Shown here: one piece after another, positions 44,603 through 53,807 of the stretch
Position numbering within the stretch: the first letter of the stretch is position 1
How the letters are laid out: every line of letters starts with the position of its first letter
From: Candidatus Omnitrophota bacterium
Lineage (GTDB): Bacteria > Omnitrophota > Gorgyraeia > Duberdicusellales > 4484-171
Assembly: GCA_014729775.1 (NCBI GenBank)
Contig: WJJJ01000011.1
Span: 4,606 to 68,605 of the forward strand
Length of the DNA stretch: 64,000 bases
Reading direction: 5' to 3'
Program-made: the position numbers and the translations under genes
Notes under the pieces: generated by a model
Database searches by the model: none
What the model was told of the DNA's origin: nothing
What the model saw: only the letters and a program-made list of their open reading frames with translations

Positions 44603-45664
44603 ATGAAAAATTTTACCGTAATTTCGCGAGGAATAAGCAATCTGCTGGGCGCCTTCTCCAACGATATCGGAATCGATTTAGGGACGGCAACCACGCTGGT
44701 CTATCTGCGTGGAGAAGGCATTGTCCTGTGTGAACCCTCCGTCGTCGCTATTTACAAAAATACCGGCACTGCCTTAGCCGTCGGCGAAGAAGCAAAGCGA
44801 ATGCTCGGGAAAACGCCGGGCAGCATCACGGCAATCCGTCCGATGAAAGACGGGGTAATCGCCGATTTCGATATTACCGAAACGATGTTGCGCCATTTCA
44901 TCGATAAAGTACATCCGCGCCGCTTCTTCATCAATAACCCTCGAATCGTGGTCGCGGTTCCCTCGGGAATTACCGAAGTCGAAAAACGGGCGGTAAAGGA
45001 TTCCGCGCTGCGCGCCGGCGCCCGGGACGTGTTCCCGGTGGAAGAACCGATCGCCGCGGCCATCGGCGTAGGCCTGCCGATCGCGGAACCGCAGGGCAGC
45101 ATGATTATCGACATCGGAGGAGGAACGACCGAGATCGCGGTAATCTCCCTGGGCGGGATCGTATTCGCCCGGTCGATCCGGGTCGGCGGCGATGAAATGG
45201 ATGACGCGATTCTGGAACACATGAAAAAAAATTACAATTTAATGATCGGCGAACGCACCGCCGAAGAAATAAAAATAAAAGTCGGTTCGGCCTGGCCGTT
45301 GAAAGAGGAGCTGACCATCGAAGTGCGCGGCAGAGATCTGATCACCGGGTTGCCTAAATTCATACGGATCAGTTCCGAAGAAATTAGAGAAGCGCTTCAA
45401 TCTCCCCTGAAAGAAATAGTCGAAGCGACTAAAGTAACTCTTGAACGGACTCCCCCTGAACTCGCGGCGGATCTTATCGAACGCGGCATCGTTCTCTGCG
45501 GCGGCGGTTCGCTCTTGCGCGGTTTAGATAAACTGATCGCGGAGGAAACCGGCCTGGCCTGTTTCGTCGCGGACGATCCCCTCACCGCAGTCGCGCTCGG
45601 CACGGGAAAAATATTGGAAGAGCCGAAATTCCTGAAGAAGATTTCCCTTGTATCGACCTTCTAA
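44603..45664 (+). CDS. mreB: Rod shape-determining protein MreB
   Basis: [24 protein letters not shown] and GERTAE motifs. Confidence 0.97.
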   Translation: MKNFTVISRGISNLLGAFSNDIGIDLGTATTLVYLRGEGIVLCEPSVVAIYKNTGTALAVGEEAKRMLGKTPGSITAIRPMKDGVIADFDITETMLRHFIDKVHPRRFFINNPRIVVAVPSGITEVEKRAVKDSALRAGARDVFPVEEPIAAAIGVGLPIAEPQGSMIIDIGGGTTEIAVISLGGIVFARSIRVGGDEMDDAILEHMKKNYNLMIGERTAEEIKIKVGSAWPLKEELTIEVRGRDLITGLPKFIRISSEEIREALQSPLKEIVEATKVTLERTPPELAADLIERGIVLCGGGSLLRGLDKLIAEETGLACFVADDPLTAVALGTGKILEEPKFLKKISLVSTF

Positions 45665-46373
45665 GCTCACCTCAAAAACGATCGGATTAATTGTTCTGCT
45701 TGCCTTCTTTCTGCTGGTGCCGTTCAAGGAGGCAATACAGGATATTTTTGTCTTTTTCTCGAAGCAAATCGTGGTCAGTCCGCAGGGCTACCGGAGAAAA
45801 CTCCGGGAGAAAGAGAAAGAAAACCTTCTTCTTTCGTTGAAAGTGAGAGAACTGGCATATCTCAAAGAAGAAAATCAAAAACTGCGTCAGGCACTTGAGT
45901 TCAAACGCCACAAAGACATCCAGCTCGTGGAAGCGGAAATCGTCTACTTCGATCCCTCGACCTGGAGGCGGCTGGTCACGATCAACGCGGGAAAAGATAA
46001 AAAGATTAAAGAAGGAGCGTTCGTCATAGATGCCCAGGGATGGATCATCGGAAAAATCGTACATGTGAAAGAAACGCACTCCAATCTTATGCTCGTCGAC
46101 GACCCTGATTTTACCCTTCCGGTATTCGTCGGTGAAAATTCATTCGGCCTTCTTCAGGGCAGTCTTGAAGGAGCGCAAGTCCGGTATATCGAAAAAGAGG
46201 AGGCCGTCGAACCCCGGCAAAAAATATGGATTCAGATTCCCGAATTTAACGCGCCGTTATATATCGGCGAGGTCAGTTACGCCCATAAAGATCCCAATTC
46301 GCTTTTCTGGGACATTCGTATCCATATATATTCAGCCAATCCTTTTTTACACACGATTTTCGTGATCCAGTAA
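45648..46373 (+). CDS. mreC: Rod shape-determining protein MreC
   Basis: N-terminal TM, coiled coil [14 protein letters not shown]; position after mreB; start codon uncertain. Confidence 0.85.
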   Translation: MYRPSKLTSKTIGLIVLLAFFLLVPFKEAIQDIFVFFSKQIVVSPQGYRRKLREKEKENLLLSLKVRELAYLKEENQKLRQALEFKRHKDIQLVEAEIVYFDPSTWRRLVTINAGKDKKIKEGAFVIDAQGWIIGKIVHVKETHSNLMLVDDPDFTLPVFVGENSFGLLQGSLEGAQVRYIEKEEAVEPRQKIWIQIPEFNAPLYIGEVSYAHKDPNSLFWDIRIHIYSANPFLHTIFVIQ

Positions 46374-46844
46374 ATGAAACAATTAAACCTTAAAATATTC
46401 ACGATTCTGGTTATCTTTTTTTTGATCGATCTCATCCGTCCCTTGAATTATTCCCTGCAGACCGAATTTCTGTTTATCGGCATATTGTTTCTTTGCATTT
46501 TTTTTCCTCTTTCCGTGGCCGTACCACAGGTGCTTTTTTTCGGATACGCAAAAGACGTCCTGTCGATCCATGAAATTCCGCTGAACTTAATTGAGTTCTT
46601 CGTTTTGGCGCTTCTGATCAGGCAGATCGTGGCCAAATTCAATCCGATCGCGGCCAGGATTCTCGTACTCGTCTGCGCGGCGGGAGCGCACATCCTGTTC
46701 CGCGCCGTATTATTCGGGCATCAGCCTCTGCGGTTCTACGCGTTTTTCTTCATGCATACGGCGCTTTTGTATCTTTGCACAGAATACTGGTTAAAAAGAT
46801 GGATTCACGCTTACTCCGTAAAATCTTCCTCACCGGTTTCCTGA
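46374..46844 (+). CDS. mreD: MreD-like membrane protein
   Basis: Polytopic hydrophobic protein with FFGYAKD; lies between mreC and mrdA. Confidence 0.65.
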   Translation: MKQLNLKIFTILVIFFLIDLIRPLNYSLQTEFLFIGILFLCIFFPLSVAVPQVLFFGYAKDVLSIHEIPLNLIEFFVLALLIRQIVAKFNPIAARILVLVCAAGAHILFRAVLFGHQPLRFYAFFFMHTALLYLCTEYWLKRWIHAYSVKSSSPVS

Positions 46845-48514
46845 TTATTTTTTTCTCTCTCTTTTATTATCAGGTACTGAAGGGGGAATACTATCTCGAA
46901 CGCGCAAAGAACAACTATGTCAGGGTGATCCCCACCTTTTCCATCCGGGGAGAAATCTATGACCGCAACGGGATCGCTTTAGCATACGACCGCCCTTCCT
47001 TTCAAATTTCGGTTATTCCCTACCAGATCGATCAAAAAAAGGAAATGCTGTTCACGGAAATCGCCGAGAGGCTCGGTCTGGATCCCCAAAAGATCATGCG
47101 CGCCTACAAAAAAAACCGGATGAACATGTTCACGCCTGTGAAAATCATTCCGGATATCGAAAAGTTTGAAGCCGTTCAGCTCAAAAACGAATTCAGTGAA
47201 GATATCATGATTACTCCCCAGCCGCAGCGTTTTTACCCCTATCAAGCCGCGGCTGCTCATCTGCTCGGATACGTCAAAAAGGCATCCTCTTTTTATGAAA
47301 CCCTGAAACGCTACGGGTACACCCCTTTGGAACGCGCCGGATTCAAAGGGATCGAACAATACTACGACACCTATCTTAAGGGGCAGGACGGCGGTGACCT
47401 CATTGAAGTCAACGCGAAAGGAAGAATGGTCGGTTTCCTCGGAGAACGCAAACCGGAGCGGGGAAAATCAATTACGCTCACGATCGATGCCCACATCCAG
47501 CAGGCAGCATATGATGCGCTTGAAGGAAAAACCGGCACCCTTCTCTTTATGGAAGCGGACTCAGGAAAAATGCTGGCTCTGGTATCCCGTCCCGCGTTTG
47601 ATCCCCACGCTTTTATCACCGGAGAAGGTCTGGGGAGTATTATGAAAAACGAAAAAAAACCGCTGCTCAACCGAACCGTACAGGCAACCTACCCGCTGGG
47701 TTCCACGTTCAAGCCGATCGTCGGTTATGCAGGTCTTGCCGAAAAAAAAATCCGTCCCGGAACTACTTTCCGCTGCGACGGAGTGTTCAAAGTGGGGATC
47801 GCGCGCTTCCGCTGCTGGTCGCGTCACGGAACGCAGGATTTATATGAGGCCTTGGCCCATTCCTGCAACGTGTATTTTTACAACCTCGGTCTCCTCCTGG
47901 GAGGGGAGAAGATTGCCCGCTGGGCGAAAGCATTCGGATTGGACTCCCGTACCCATATCGATCTGCCGCATGAAAAAAAAGGAACGGTTCCCGGGCCGCA
48001 GTGGAAGGCGAGAACTCTTCACTCAACCTGGTACAAAGGTGATACCGTAAACTACTCGATCGGCCAGGGATATTTCGAAGCGACCCCTCTTCAGGTACTC
48101 GTGGCGACCAATGTCTTCGCGACGGGAGGTTACCTGGTCCGGCCCCATTTACTCCACAAAGTGGAAGATGAAATATCCGGCGCGGACAAAAGAGAATATC
48201 TGCGGCTGAATCCCGATCACCTGGAAACGATCGTTGAAGGAATGCGGCAGGTAGTCACCGCAGAAGAAGGAACCGCGCGTCAGCTCCGGTCTCTGCATAT
48301 CGGAATGTGCGGCAAAACGGGAACGGCGCAGACCAGCGGACCTAATCACGGCTGGTTTGTCGGGTTCTTCCCGTATCAACGGCCGCATTACACGATATGC
48401 GTATTCCTGGAACACGGCGAATCGAGCTATGAAGCAGTGAAAGTATCCTACAGGTTTCTCAAGATTCTCCAGGAAAAAAACCTGTTCTCTCAAAGGGAGG
48501 CACCGGCGTTATGA
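46799..48514 (+). CDS. mrdA: Penicillin-binding protein 2
   Basis: RGEIYDRNG, GSTFK (SxxK), SCN and KTGTAQ motifs. Confidence 0.95.
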   Translation: MDSRLLRKIFLTGFLIIFFSLFYYQVLKGEYYLERAKNNYVRVIPTFSIRGEIYDRNGIALAYDRPSFQISVIPYQIDQKKEMLFTEIAERLGLDPQKIMRAYKKNRMNMFTPVKIIPDIEKFEAVQLKNEFSEDIMITPQPQRFYPYQAAAAHLLGYVKKASSFYETLKRYGYTPLERAGFKGIEQYYDTYLKGQDGGDLIEVNAKGRMVGFLGERKPERGKSITLTIDAHIQQAAYDALEGKTGTLLFMEADSGKMLALVSRPAFDPHAFITGEGLGSIMKNEKKPLLNRTVQATYPLGSTFKPIVGYAGLAEKKIRPGTTFRCDGVFKVGIARFRCWSRHGTQDLYEALAHSCNVYFYNLGLLLGGEKIARWAKAFGLDSRTHIDLPHEKKGTVPGPQWKARTLHSTWYKGDTVNYSIGQGYFEATPLQVLVATNVFATGGYLVRPHLLHKVEDEISGADKREYLRLNPDHLETIVEGMRQVVTAEEGTARQLRSLHIGMCGKTGTAQTSGPNHGWFVGFFPYQRPHYTICVFLEHGESSYEAVKVSYRFLKILQEKNLFSQREAPAL

Positions 48515-49605
48515 TCTTTGCGCTCCCCCGCATTCGCTGGACCCCCCTGAAAATGCTCTGTCTGTGTCTGCTGTTTCTCAATATCGTCGGACTCCTGTCT
48601 TTGTTCAGCAGTCTGCACCAGGGCGGGGAATTCCGCGGTCATGAAGTTTTCCTGAAACAGATAAGCTGGCTGGCGATTTCATGGGGACTGCTCGTCCTTT
48701 TTTCCTTTATTAACTACCGTATTTACCACGATTTCGCCTTTATCCTTTACCTTTTGAACATCGCTTTGCTGATTACCGTAATCGTAGCCGGGAAAAAAGC
48801 GATGGGCGCACAGAGATGGCTTTCGGTCGGAGGTATCACCTTTCAACCTTCCGAACTGGCGAAAGCGGTAACCATACTTCTTTTGGCCCGCTGTTTTACC
48901 GCTGCCAAACATTCGGTATTCAGCCGCAGCTTTCTGTTTCCTCTCGGTCTTGTCGCTCTCAACGCTCTGCTCATTTTCAAACAGCCGGATTTGGGAACGG
49001 CGCTGATTCTTCTTTTGCTGTTTTTACTCATGGGGTTCGCTTCTCCTGTAAAGAAAAAATACTTCATCATCTTACTGCTGATAGGCCTGCTCAGCGTGCC
49101 GTTCGCCTGGGGCATGCTCAAGGATTATCAGCAAAAACGTCTCATCGTATTTCTTGATCCCAACGTTGACCCCTTAGGCGCCGGCTATACCATAATCCAG
49201 TCCAAGGTCGCGATCGGATCCGGCCAGTTCACCGGAAAAGGATTCCTTTCCGGAACGCAGAACCAATTTAATTTTCTCCCGGAACGCCACACAGATTTCA
49301 TCTTTACGGTAGTCGCAGAGGAATGGGGCTTTCTCGGAGCGCTTCTGCTTCTGTTCGTATACTGGCTCATTCTCAGGAAGCTCCTCGAAATCGCTCACAC
49401 CACCAAGGATCCATACGCGTATATGGTTGTGGCAGGAATCGCTTCTCTGTTTTTTTTACACGTATTCATCAATATCGGCATGACCTGCGGTATTCTCCCG
49501 GTCGTCGGGCTCCCGCTGTTTTTCATGAGCTACGGGGGATCCCACTTAGTGGTGAGCAGCATCCTGACCGGCATCGCGTTCAACATCTGGCGAAGGACAT
49601 CCTGA
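48511..49605 (+). CDS. rodA: Peptidoglycan glycosyltransferase RodA
   Basis: QPSELAK, QPDLGTA, PERHTDFIF and SYGGS motifs. Confidence 0.96.
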   Translation: MIFALPRIRWTPLKMLCLCLLFLNIVGLLSLFSSLHQGGEFRGHEVFLKQISWLAISWGLLVLFSFINYRIYHDFAFILYLLNIALLITVIVAGKKAMGAQRWLSVGGITFQPSELAKAVTILLLARCFTAAKHSVFSRSFLFPLGLVALNALLIFKQPDLGTALILLLLFLLMGFASPVKKKYFIILLLIGLLSVPFAWGMLKDYQQKRLIVFLDPNVDPLGAGYTIIQSKVAIGSGQFTGKGFLSGTQNQFNFLPERHTDFIFTVVAEEWGFLGALLLLFVYWLILRKLLEIAHTTKDPYAYMVVAGIASLFFLHVFINIGMTCGILPVVGLPLFFMSYGGSHLVVSSILTGIAFNIWRRTS

Positions 49606-49608
49606 CCC

Positions 49609-51261
49609 ATGGATTACAGTCAATTTCAGCATCCTCAACGGTATGTCGGGAATGAATGGAACGCGATCAGAAAATCACACACAGGTAAAATTCCCATCTG
49701 CATCGGCTACCCTCATCTTTACGAAATCGGAATGAGCAACGTGGGGCTGAGGATTATTTACGGCATGCTGAATCAATACCGGGACATCGTCTGCGAACGG
49801 GTTTTCCTCCCCGGACACGACTACGCGCATTATCTTAAAACCCAGAGGAAAAAACTTTGTTCGCTGGAGACAAAACTTCCTTTGGACCAGTTTCAGGTTA
49901 TCGGCCTCAACCTGAACAGTGAATTGAACTATCCCAACGTGCTCGAATTGCTCTCTCTGGGAAACATACCTCTGTTCAGCCGGGAACGGAAGGACATCAT
50001 CGTGACAGGAGGAGGAATCGCGAATCCCGAACCGCTCGCCGGCTTTATCGACGTGTTCTTCATGGGAGAATTCGAAGCCGGCGCGGAAGATTTTTTACGC
50101 ACCCTCCGCGCCTCTCCCCGCAAACAGGACAGACTGCGCGCGCTGGCGGAACTCCCCGGATTCTATATTCCGCAACATTATTCTTCCGTATTCACCGGTA
50201 CCGGATACCGGACGGAAAAAAAATATCCTTTCGCCCGTCTTCCCGTAGGAAAAAGAATAGTGACCGACTTAAACAGCAGTTATTATCCCCGGAAATGGCT
50301 GGTACCCCATACTTCAATCGTGCACGACCGCGCCCAGATAGAAATATCGCGCGGGTGCCCCAATCACTGCACTTTTTGCCAGGCTCGCACGGTGTACTCG
50401 CCGTATCGCGAACGATCGGCCGAAAAAGTGCTTTCACTGCTCGAAGAAATATACCGTCACAGCGGGTACGAAAATTTTTCTTTTTTGTCGCTTTCCGCGT
50501 CGGACCATTCCTCGATCGAAGAATTAATCGACCGGGCGCATTCCTTTTGCCGGACTCGGAGAATAGGACTCGCCCTGCCGTCGCTGCGGATAGGCGATGT
50601 GATCGGACGGCTTTATAAAAAACTGAGCGCGCTGAAAAAAGTTTCACTCACGGTCGCGGTCGAAGCGGCAAGCGCTCAGCTCCGTCAGCGCATGAATAAA
50701 CATATCGAAATAGAATCTTTGTTCGAGGCGGTTGATGCGCTGAAATCGCTGAAGATCCGTCATGTAAAAGCCTACTTCATGTTGGGAATCCCCGGGGAAA
50801 CCGACGATGATATCCGTTCCATCGGACGCCTCATCCATGAACTCAAACGCCGTGCGGGACTCCAGGTAAACGCGAGCGTGAACATCTTTATTCCCAAACC
50901 GTTTACCGGCTGGGAAGCGCTGCCGATGCCTGAAGAACGCATTCTTCAGGAAAAAAGAGAGATCCTTTTTCAGTCCTCACGAGGGAAAAAAACAAAATTG
51001 TCCGTGTCTCCGCTCAAACGGAGTCTCCGGGAAGCGATTCTTTCCCGGGGCGACCGCACTCTGGACGCGGTAATACACCGGGTCTGGCGCACAGGAGGAA
51101 TTGAAGGATATCCCGGCGGGAATGCCTGGGATCACTGGGAATCCGCGCTGAGAGAAGAAAAAATCGACACGCACCGGATCCTCCACCGCTCACTGGACGC
51201 ATATCCCTGGTCGTTTCTTACCCCGGAAGCACCCCGTAACCAGGACAGGTGTCATGAATAA
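49609..51261 (+). CDS. TIGR03960-like B12-binding radical SAM protein
   Basis: RYVGNEWN, YEIGMSN, EISRGCPNHCTFCQA and LPSLR motifs. Confidence 0.85.
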   Translation: MDYSQFQHPQRYVGNEWNAIRKSHTGKIPICIGYPHLYEIGMSNVGLRIIYGMLNQYRDIVCERVFLPGHDYAHYLKTQRKKLCSLETKLPLDQFQVIGLNLNSELNYPNVLELLSLGNIPLFSRERKDIIVTGGGIANPEPLAGFIDVFFMGEFEAGAEDFLRTLRASPRKQDRLRALAELPGFYIPQHYSSVFTGTGYRTEKKYPFARLPVGKRIVTDLNSSYYPRKWLVPHTSIVHDRAQIEISRGCPNHCTFCQARTVYSPYRERSAEKVLSLLEEIYRHSGYENFSFLSLSASDHSSIEELIDRAHSFCRTRRIGLALPSLRIGDVIGRLYKKLSALKKVSLTVAVEAASAQLRQRMNKHIEIESLFEAVDALKSLKIRHVKAYFMLGIPGETDDDIRSIGRLIHELKRRAGLQVNASVNIFIPKPFTGWEALPMPEERILQEKREILFQSSRGKKTKLSVSPLKRSLREAILSRGDRTLDAVIHRVWRTGGIEGYPGGNAWDHWESALREEKIDTHRILHRSLDAYPWSFLTPEAPRNQDRCHE

Positions 51262-51568
51262 ACGGTATGCGATCCCGACTGTCCTGATCAAACGCGGCCC
51301 GATGAGATTTTTTTCTCAAATAGATCTGACCCGGGTGATAGAACGGGCGATACGGCGCAGCGAGCTTCCCGTGTACTACACGCAGGGATTTACTCCGCGG
51401 ATAAAAATGAGTTTTTACGGCGCTCTCAAGGTCGGAGCGGAAGGACGGATTCCCTTAAAACTCTATTTCATCGAAAGGATCGATACCGGCGAGATCTGCG
51501 CGCGTCTCCAGCCTCAGCTTCCCGCCGGACTTACTATTCTCCCTGATTCCGGCGACACTCGCGGCTGA
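51254..51568 (+). CDS. TIGR03936/DUF2344-like radical SAM-associated protein (short)
   Basis: RFFSQIDL...ERAIRRSELPVYYTQGFTPR...LPAGL. Confidence 0.8.
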   Translation: MNKRYAIPTVLIKRGPMRFFSQIDLTRVIERAIRRSELPVYYTQGFTPRIKMSFYGALKVGAEGRIPLKLYFIERIDTGEICARLQPQLPAGLTILPDSGDTRG

Positions 51569-51656
51569 GGCCCCGGCGGATTTTTTCCCGGAGGGGCCCG
51601 CACCAGCCTGGGGGACGGGTCCGACACGGCTTTTTTGCGGATTTCCGCGGATGGAT

Positions 51657-52016
51657 TTATCGGGTGAGAAAGCGCGATTTCATTCGTTTCGCGCCGAAAT
51701 ACTCTTTGGTGTATTTCTTCGCTACATGGGGGTCGAACTTTTTACAGGAAAAAATATTCAGATACGCTTTTTTCCAGTAATCGGAGAAATGTCCGGTGAT
51801 AGAACTGGTCTCGATAAGCTGCACCAGTGAATATCCTTTCGTATATTGCGCTTTCTCGCCGAAATAGGGGAGGAGAAGTCTTCCGAATTTCTTCATTTTA
51901 ATCAGTTCGCAGAGGGTATCAACATAGATTTTCAGCTTGCGTTTGGAAGTGATCACTTCAAGATCACATTCGGAAAGGTCAATGATAAGTTCATATCCGT
52001 AAATTTTTTCACTCAT
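51657..52016 (-). CDS. SpeD-like pyruvoyl-dependent decarboxylase (divergent paralog)
   Basis: YGYELIIDL, GYSLVQLIETSSITGHF and AYLNIFSCKKFD motifs. Confidence 0.8.
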   Translation of the reverse strand: MSEKIYGYELIIDLSECDLEVITSKRKLKIYVDTLCELIKMKKFGRLLLPYFGEKAQYTKGYSLVQLIETSSITGHFSDYWKKAYLNIFSCKKFDPHVAKKYTKEYFGAKRMKSRFLTR

Positions 52017-52849
52017 TGTATTTCCTCCCTTACATAATTAGGCATAACCATCGACGCGTGATGCATATCGGTATTATAATACTGCGTGCGCAGTCCGCGG
52101 CTTTTATACCGTTTCTCCAGAACGGTTTTCCTGATCGTCCTCGGATCGATCTTCTTGGAGCCGATCATACAACTGAAAAACCCCCCCACATAAGTGGGGA
52201 TCGCGGTCAACTGCACGGTTACCACGGGAAACACTTTGCTTAACGTGTGATGATGTTTTTTCATGTCCTTTTTCTGCAAAAATGTCGATCCGGTCTGGCG
52301 AATCATCATCCCGCGGGAAGAAAGCACCCGGTAAATATTCTTGTAAAAGGAGGGGGTAAACAGGCTTTTGGCCACCCCCACCGGATCGGGAGAGTCGACG
52401 ATCACCACGTCAAATTTATCTTGGGTGCCGGTAAGGAACCGCGCCCCGTCCTCGATCACGATTTCCGTTTTGGGATGAGAAAACGCGCCGCCGCAAATAG
52501 AGGAGAGATATTTTTCCGACAAGGAGATGACTTCCCGGTCGATTTCCACGAGTACGGCCTTTTTGACGGGATGCTTGAGCACCTCCCTCAATATCCCCCC
52601 GTCTCCGGCACCGATCAGCAACACCTTCTCAGGTCGAGGAACCGAAAGCAAAAGGGGATGGGTAAGCATCTCGTGATAAATAAATTCATCTCGTTCGGTC
52701 GTTTGAATCGCGCCGTCAAGGAGCAGCACTCTTCCGAACGAAGCGGACTGGTACACCCGAAGATCCTGATGAGGAGATTTCTTCTTATACACAAGTTCGC
52801 CCCGCAGAGCGATCCGCAGATCGTCGTACAACGTCTCTTTAAGCCACAT
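52013..52849 (-). CDS. speE: Spermidine synthase
   Basis: LDGAIQTTERDEFIYHEM, IGAGDGG, VEID and DSPDP motifs. Confidence 0.96.
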   Translation of the reverse strand: MWLKETLYDDLRIALRGELVYKKKSPHQDLRVYQSASFGRVLLLDGAIQTTERDEFIYHEMLTHPLLLSVPRPEKVLLIGAGDGGILREVLKHPVKKAVLVEIDREVISLSEKYLSSICGGAFSHPKTEIVIEDGARFLTGTQDKFDVVIVDSPDPVGVAKSLFTPSFYKNIYRVLSSRGMMIRQTGSTFLQKKDMKKHHHTLSKVFPVVTVQLTAIPTYVGGFFSCMIGSKKIDPRTIRKTVLEKRYKSRGLRTQYYNTDMHHASMVMPNYVREEIQ

Positions 52850-52850
52850 G

Positions 52851-53225
52851 TTAGAAAATTCCCCGTTTTAATTCCGTGATTTGCACGTGTTCCGGATGGA
52901 ATCCGTCCTTAATGATCGGAACAGCCTCGTAGGGATTCACTGTTCCGCAGACAAAAATATCCATTGCGGCATACTGATATTCCGGCCAGGTATGAATACT
53001 GATATGCGACTCCTGAAGGATGCCCACGCCGGATACCCCGCCTTCCGGGGAAAATTTGTGGAGCTCAAGAGAGAGGAGCGTTGCGTTGCAGGCTTTAACG
53101 GCGGCGGTAAGGATCTCTTTTATCGGTTCTTCTTCGGTGAGTTTTTGAGCATTCCAGAGTTCTATTATCAGGTGTGTACCCGCATAATTAACGTGCCCGT
53201 TAGTGCAACAGAACTCTTTTTTCAT
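52851..53225 (-). CDS. speD: S-adenosylmethionine decarboxylase proenzyme
   Basis: GTHLIIE, canonical ESHISIHTWPE self-cleavage motif, DIFVCG. Confidence 0.93.
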   Translation of the reverse strand: MKKEFCCTNGHVNYAGTHLIIELWNAQKLTEEEPIKEILTAAVKACNATLLSLELHKFSPEGGVSGVGILQESHISIHTWPEYQYAAMDIFVCGTVNPYEAVPIIKDGFHPEHVQITELKRGIF

Positions 53226-53282
53226 CCCCCTGACAAATCCTTATGGTAGTTTCGTGGCCCATAAATACAAGGTTTTTATATT

Positions 53283-53310
53283 ATTAAAGCAAAAATTTCT
53301 TATTTTGCAA
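53283..53310 (-). promoter_or_regulatory. Possible sigma70 promoter of the spe operon
   Basis: Minus strand TTGCAA-16 nt-TTTAAT with TGn extension, in an AT-rich region. Confidence 0.35.
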
Positions 53311-53379
53311 GGATTTTTTTCGATTTTTTCCTCCCCGGGCAAGAATCCGCCGGATCTTTGTTCCGGCCGCGAAAACTGC

Positions 53380-53408
53380 TTGTACCGGAGGTTTTTTTTT
53401 GTTACAAT
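53380..53408 (+). promoter_or_regulatory. Sigma70 promoter of tRNA-Thr
   Basis: TTGTAC-17 nt-TACAAT with TGn extension, ending 12 nt upstream of the tRNA. Confidence 0.65.
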
Positions 53409-53420
53409 TGTCGATATCCC

Positions 53421-53493
53421 GCCCGCGTAGCTCAGTTGGTAGAGCAGGGCATTCGTAATGCTCAGGTCGGAGGTTCGACTCCTCTCGCGGGCT
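53421..53493 (+). tRNA. tRNA-Thr (CGT)
   Basis: Cloverleaf; acceptor GCCCGCG/CGCGGGC; anticodon arm GGGCA-TTCGTAA-TGCTC; no CCA. Confidence 0.96.
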
Positions 53494-53494
53494 T

Positions 53495-53692
53495 GTTTCA
53501 AAATGTACTCCCTTGCAAATAGAGGCGAAACTCCGGCCCCAAAGAGAGTGTGAGGGAAAAGTATTTTCCCTCACCGCACGTACTCTTCTCTGAAAGGAAG
53601 GGAGTGACAGCCCCGAGATGAGATCGGGGCGTCAGAGAGAGAAACCGCAGGGTGCCCTTTATGAAGAGGGCCGGGAAACCGGCCCGAGGCAA
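53495..53692 (+). ncRNA. Candidate structured non-coding RNA or tRNA-linked element, family unknown
   Basis: Several strong hairpins (53550-53574, 53605-53634, 53668-53685 with GAAA loop), bracketed by 26-bp direct repeats. Confidence 0.45.
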
Positions 53693-53718
53693 GGAGGTTC
53701 GACTCCTCTCGCGGGCTT
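53693..53718 (+). repeat. Exact 26-bp direct repeat of the tRNA-Thr 3' end (att-like)
   Basis: GGAGGTTCGACTCCTCTCGCGGGCTT occurs at 53469-53494 and 53693-53718. Confidence 0.95.
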
Positions 53719-53726
53719 ATACTATA

Positions 53727-53796
53727 TCGATCCTTGATCCTTGATGCTCGATCCTGAAGTTTGAATTCTTCACAGGAATCAAGGATCCAGCATCAA
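53727..53796. repeat. Heptamer tandem repeats arranged as an imperfect inverted repeat
   Basis: TCGATCC-TTGATCC-TTGATGC-TCGATCC ... GAATCAA-GGATCCA-GCATCAA. Confidence 0.8.
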
Positions 53797-53807
53797 AGGT
53801 GTGTGAC

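Noticed and set aside
51569-51656. Possible bidirectional terminator between convergent genes
   Set aside because: GC-rich with partial inverted repeats, but no clean stem directly followed by a U-tract.
53349-53367. Third GATCTTTG (boxA-like) near tRNA-Thr
   Set aside because: It lies upstream of the predicted tRNA promoter and inside a small GCCGGA/TCCGGC hairpin, so it would not be in that transcript.
53498-53692. 64-aa minus-strand ORF that almost exactly fills the tRNA-linked element
   Set aside because: TTG start, no Shine-Dalgarno, no recognisable motif. The hairpins and GAAA loop favour a plus-strand RNA. Not fully excluded.
53495-53692. Assignment of the structured element to a known riboswitch (lysine, SAM-I, cobalamin, c-di-GMP), tmRNA, RNase P or SRP RNA
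   Set aside because: Only short fragments resemble these (AGAGGCG, AAGAGAG..GAGGGA, GGTGCCC). The conserved cores were not found in the right order by eye; an Rfam scan is needed.
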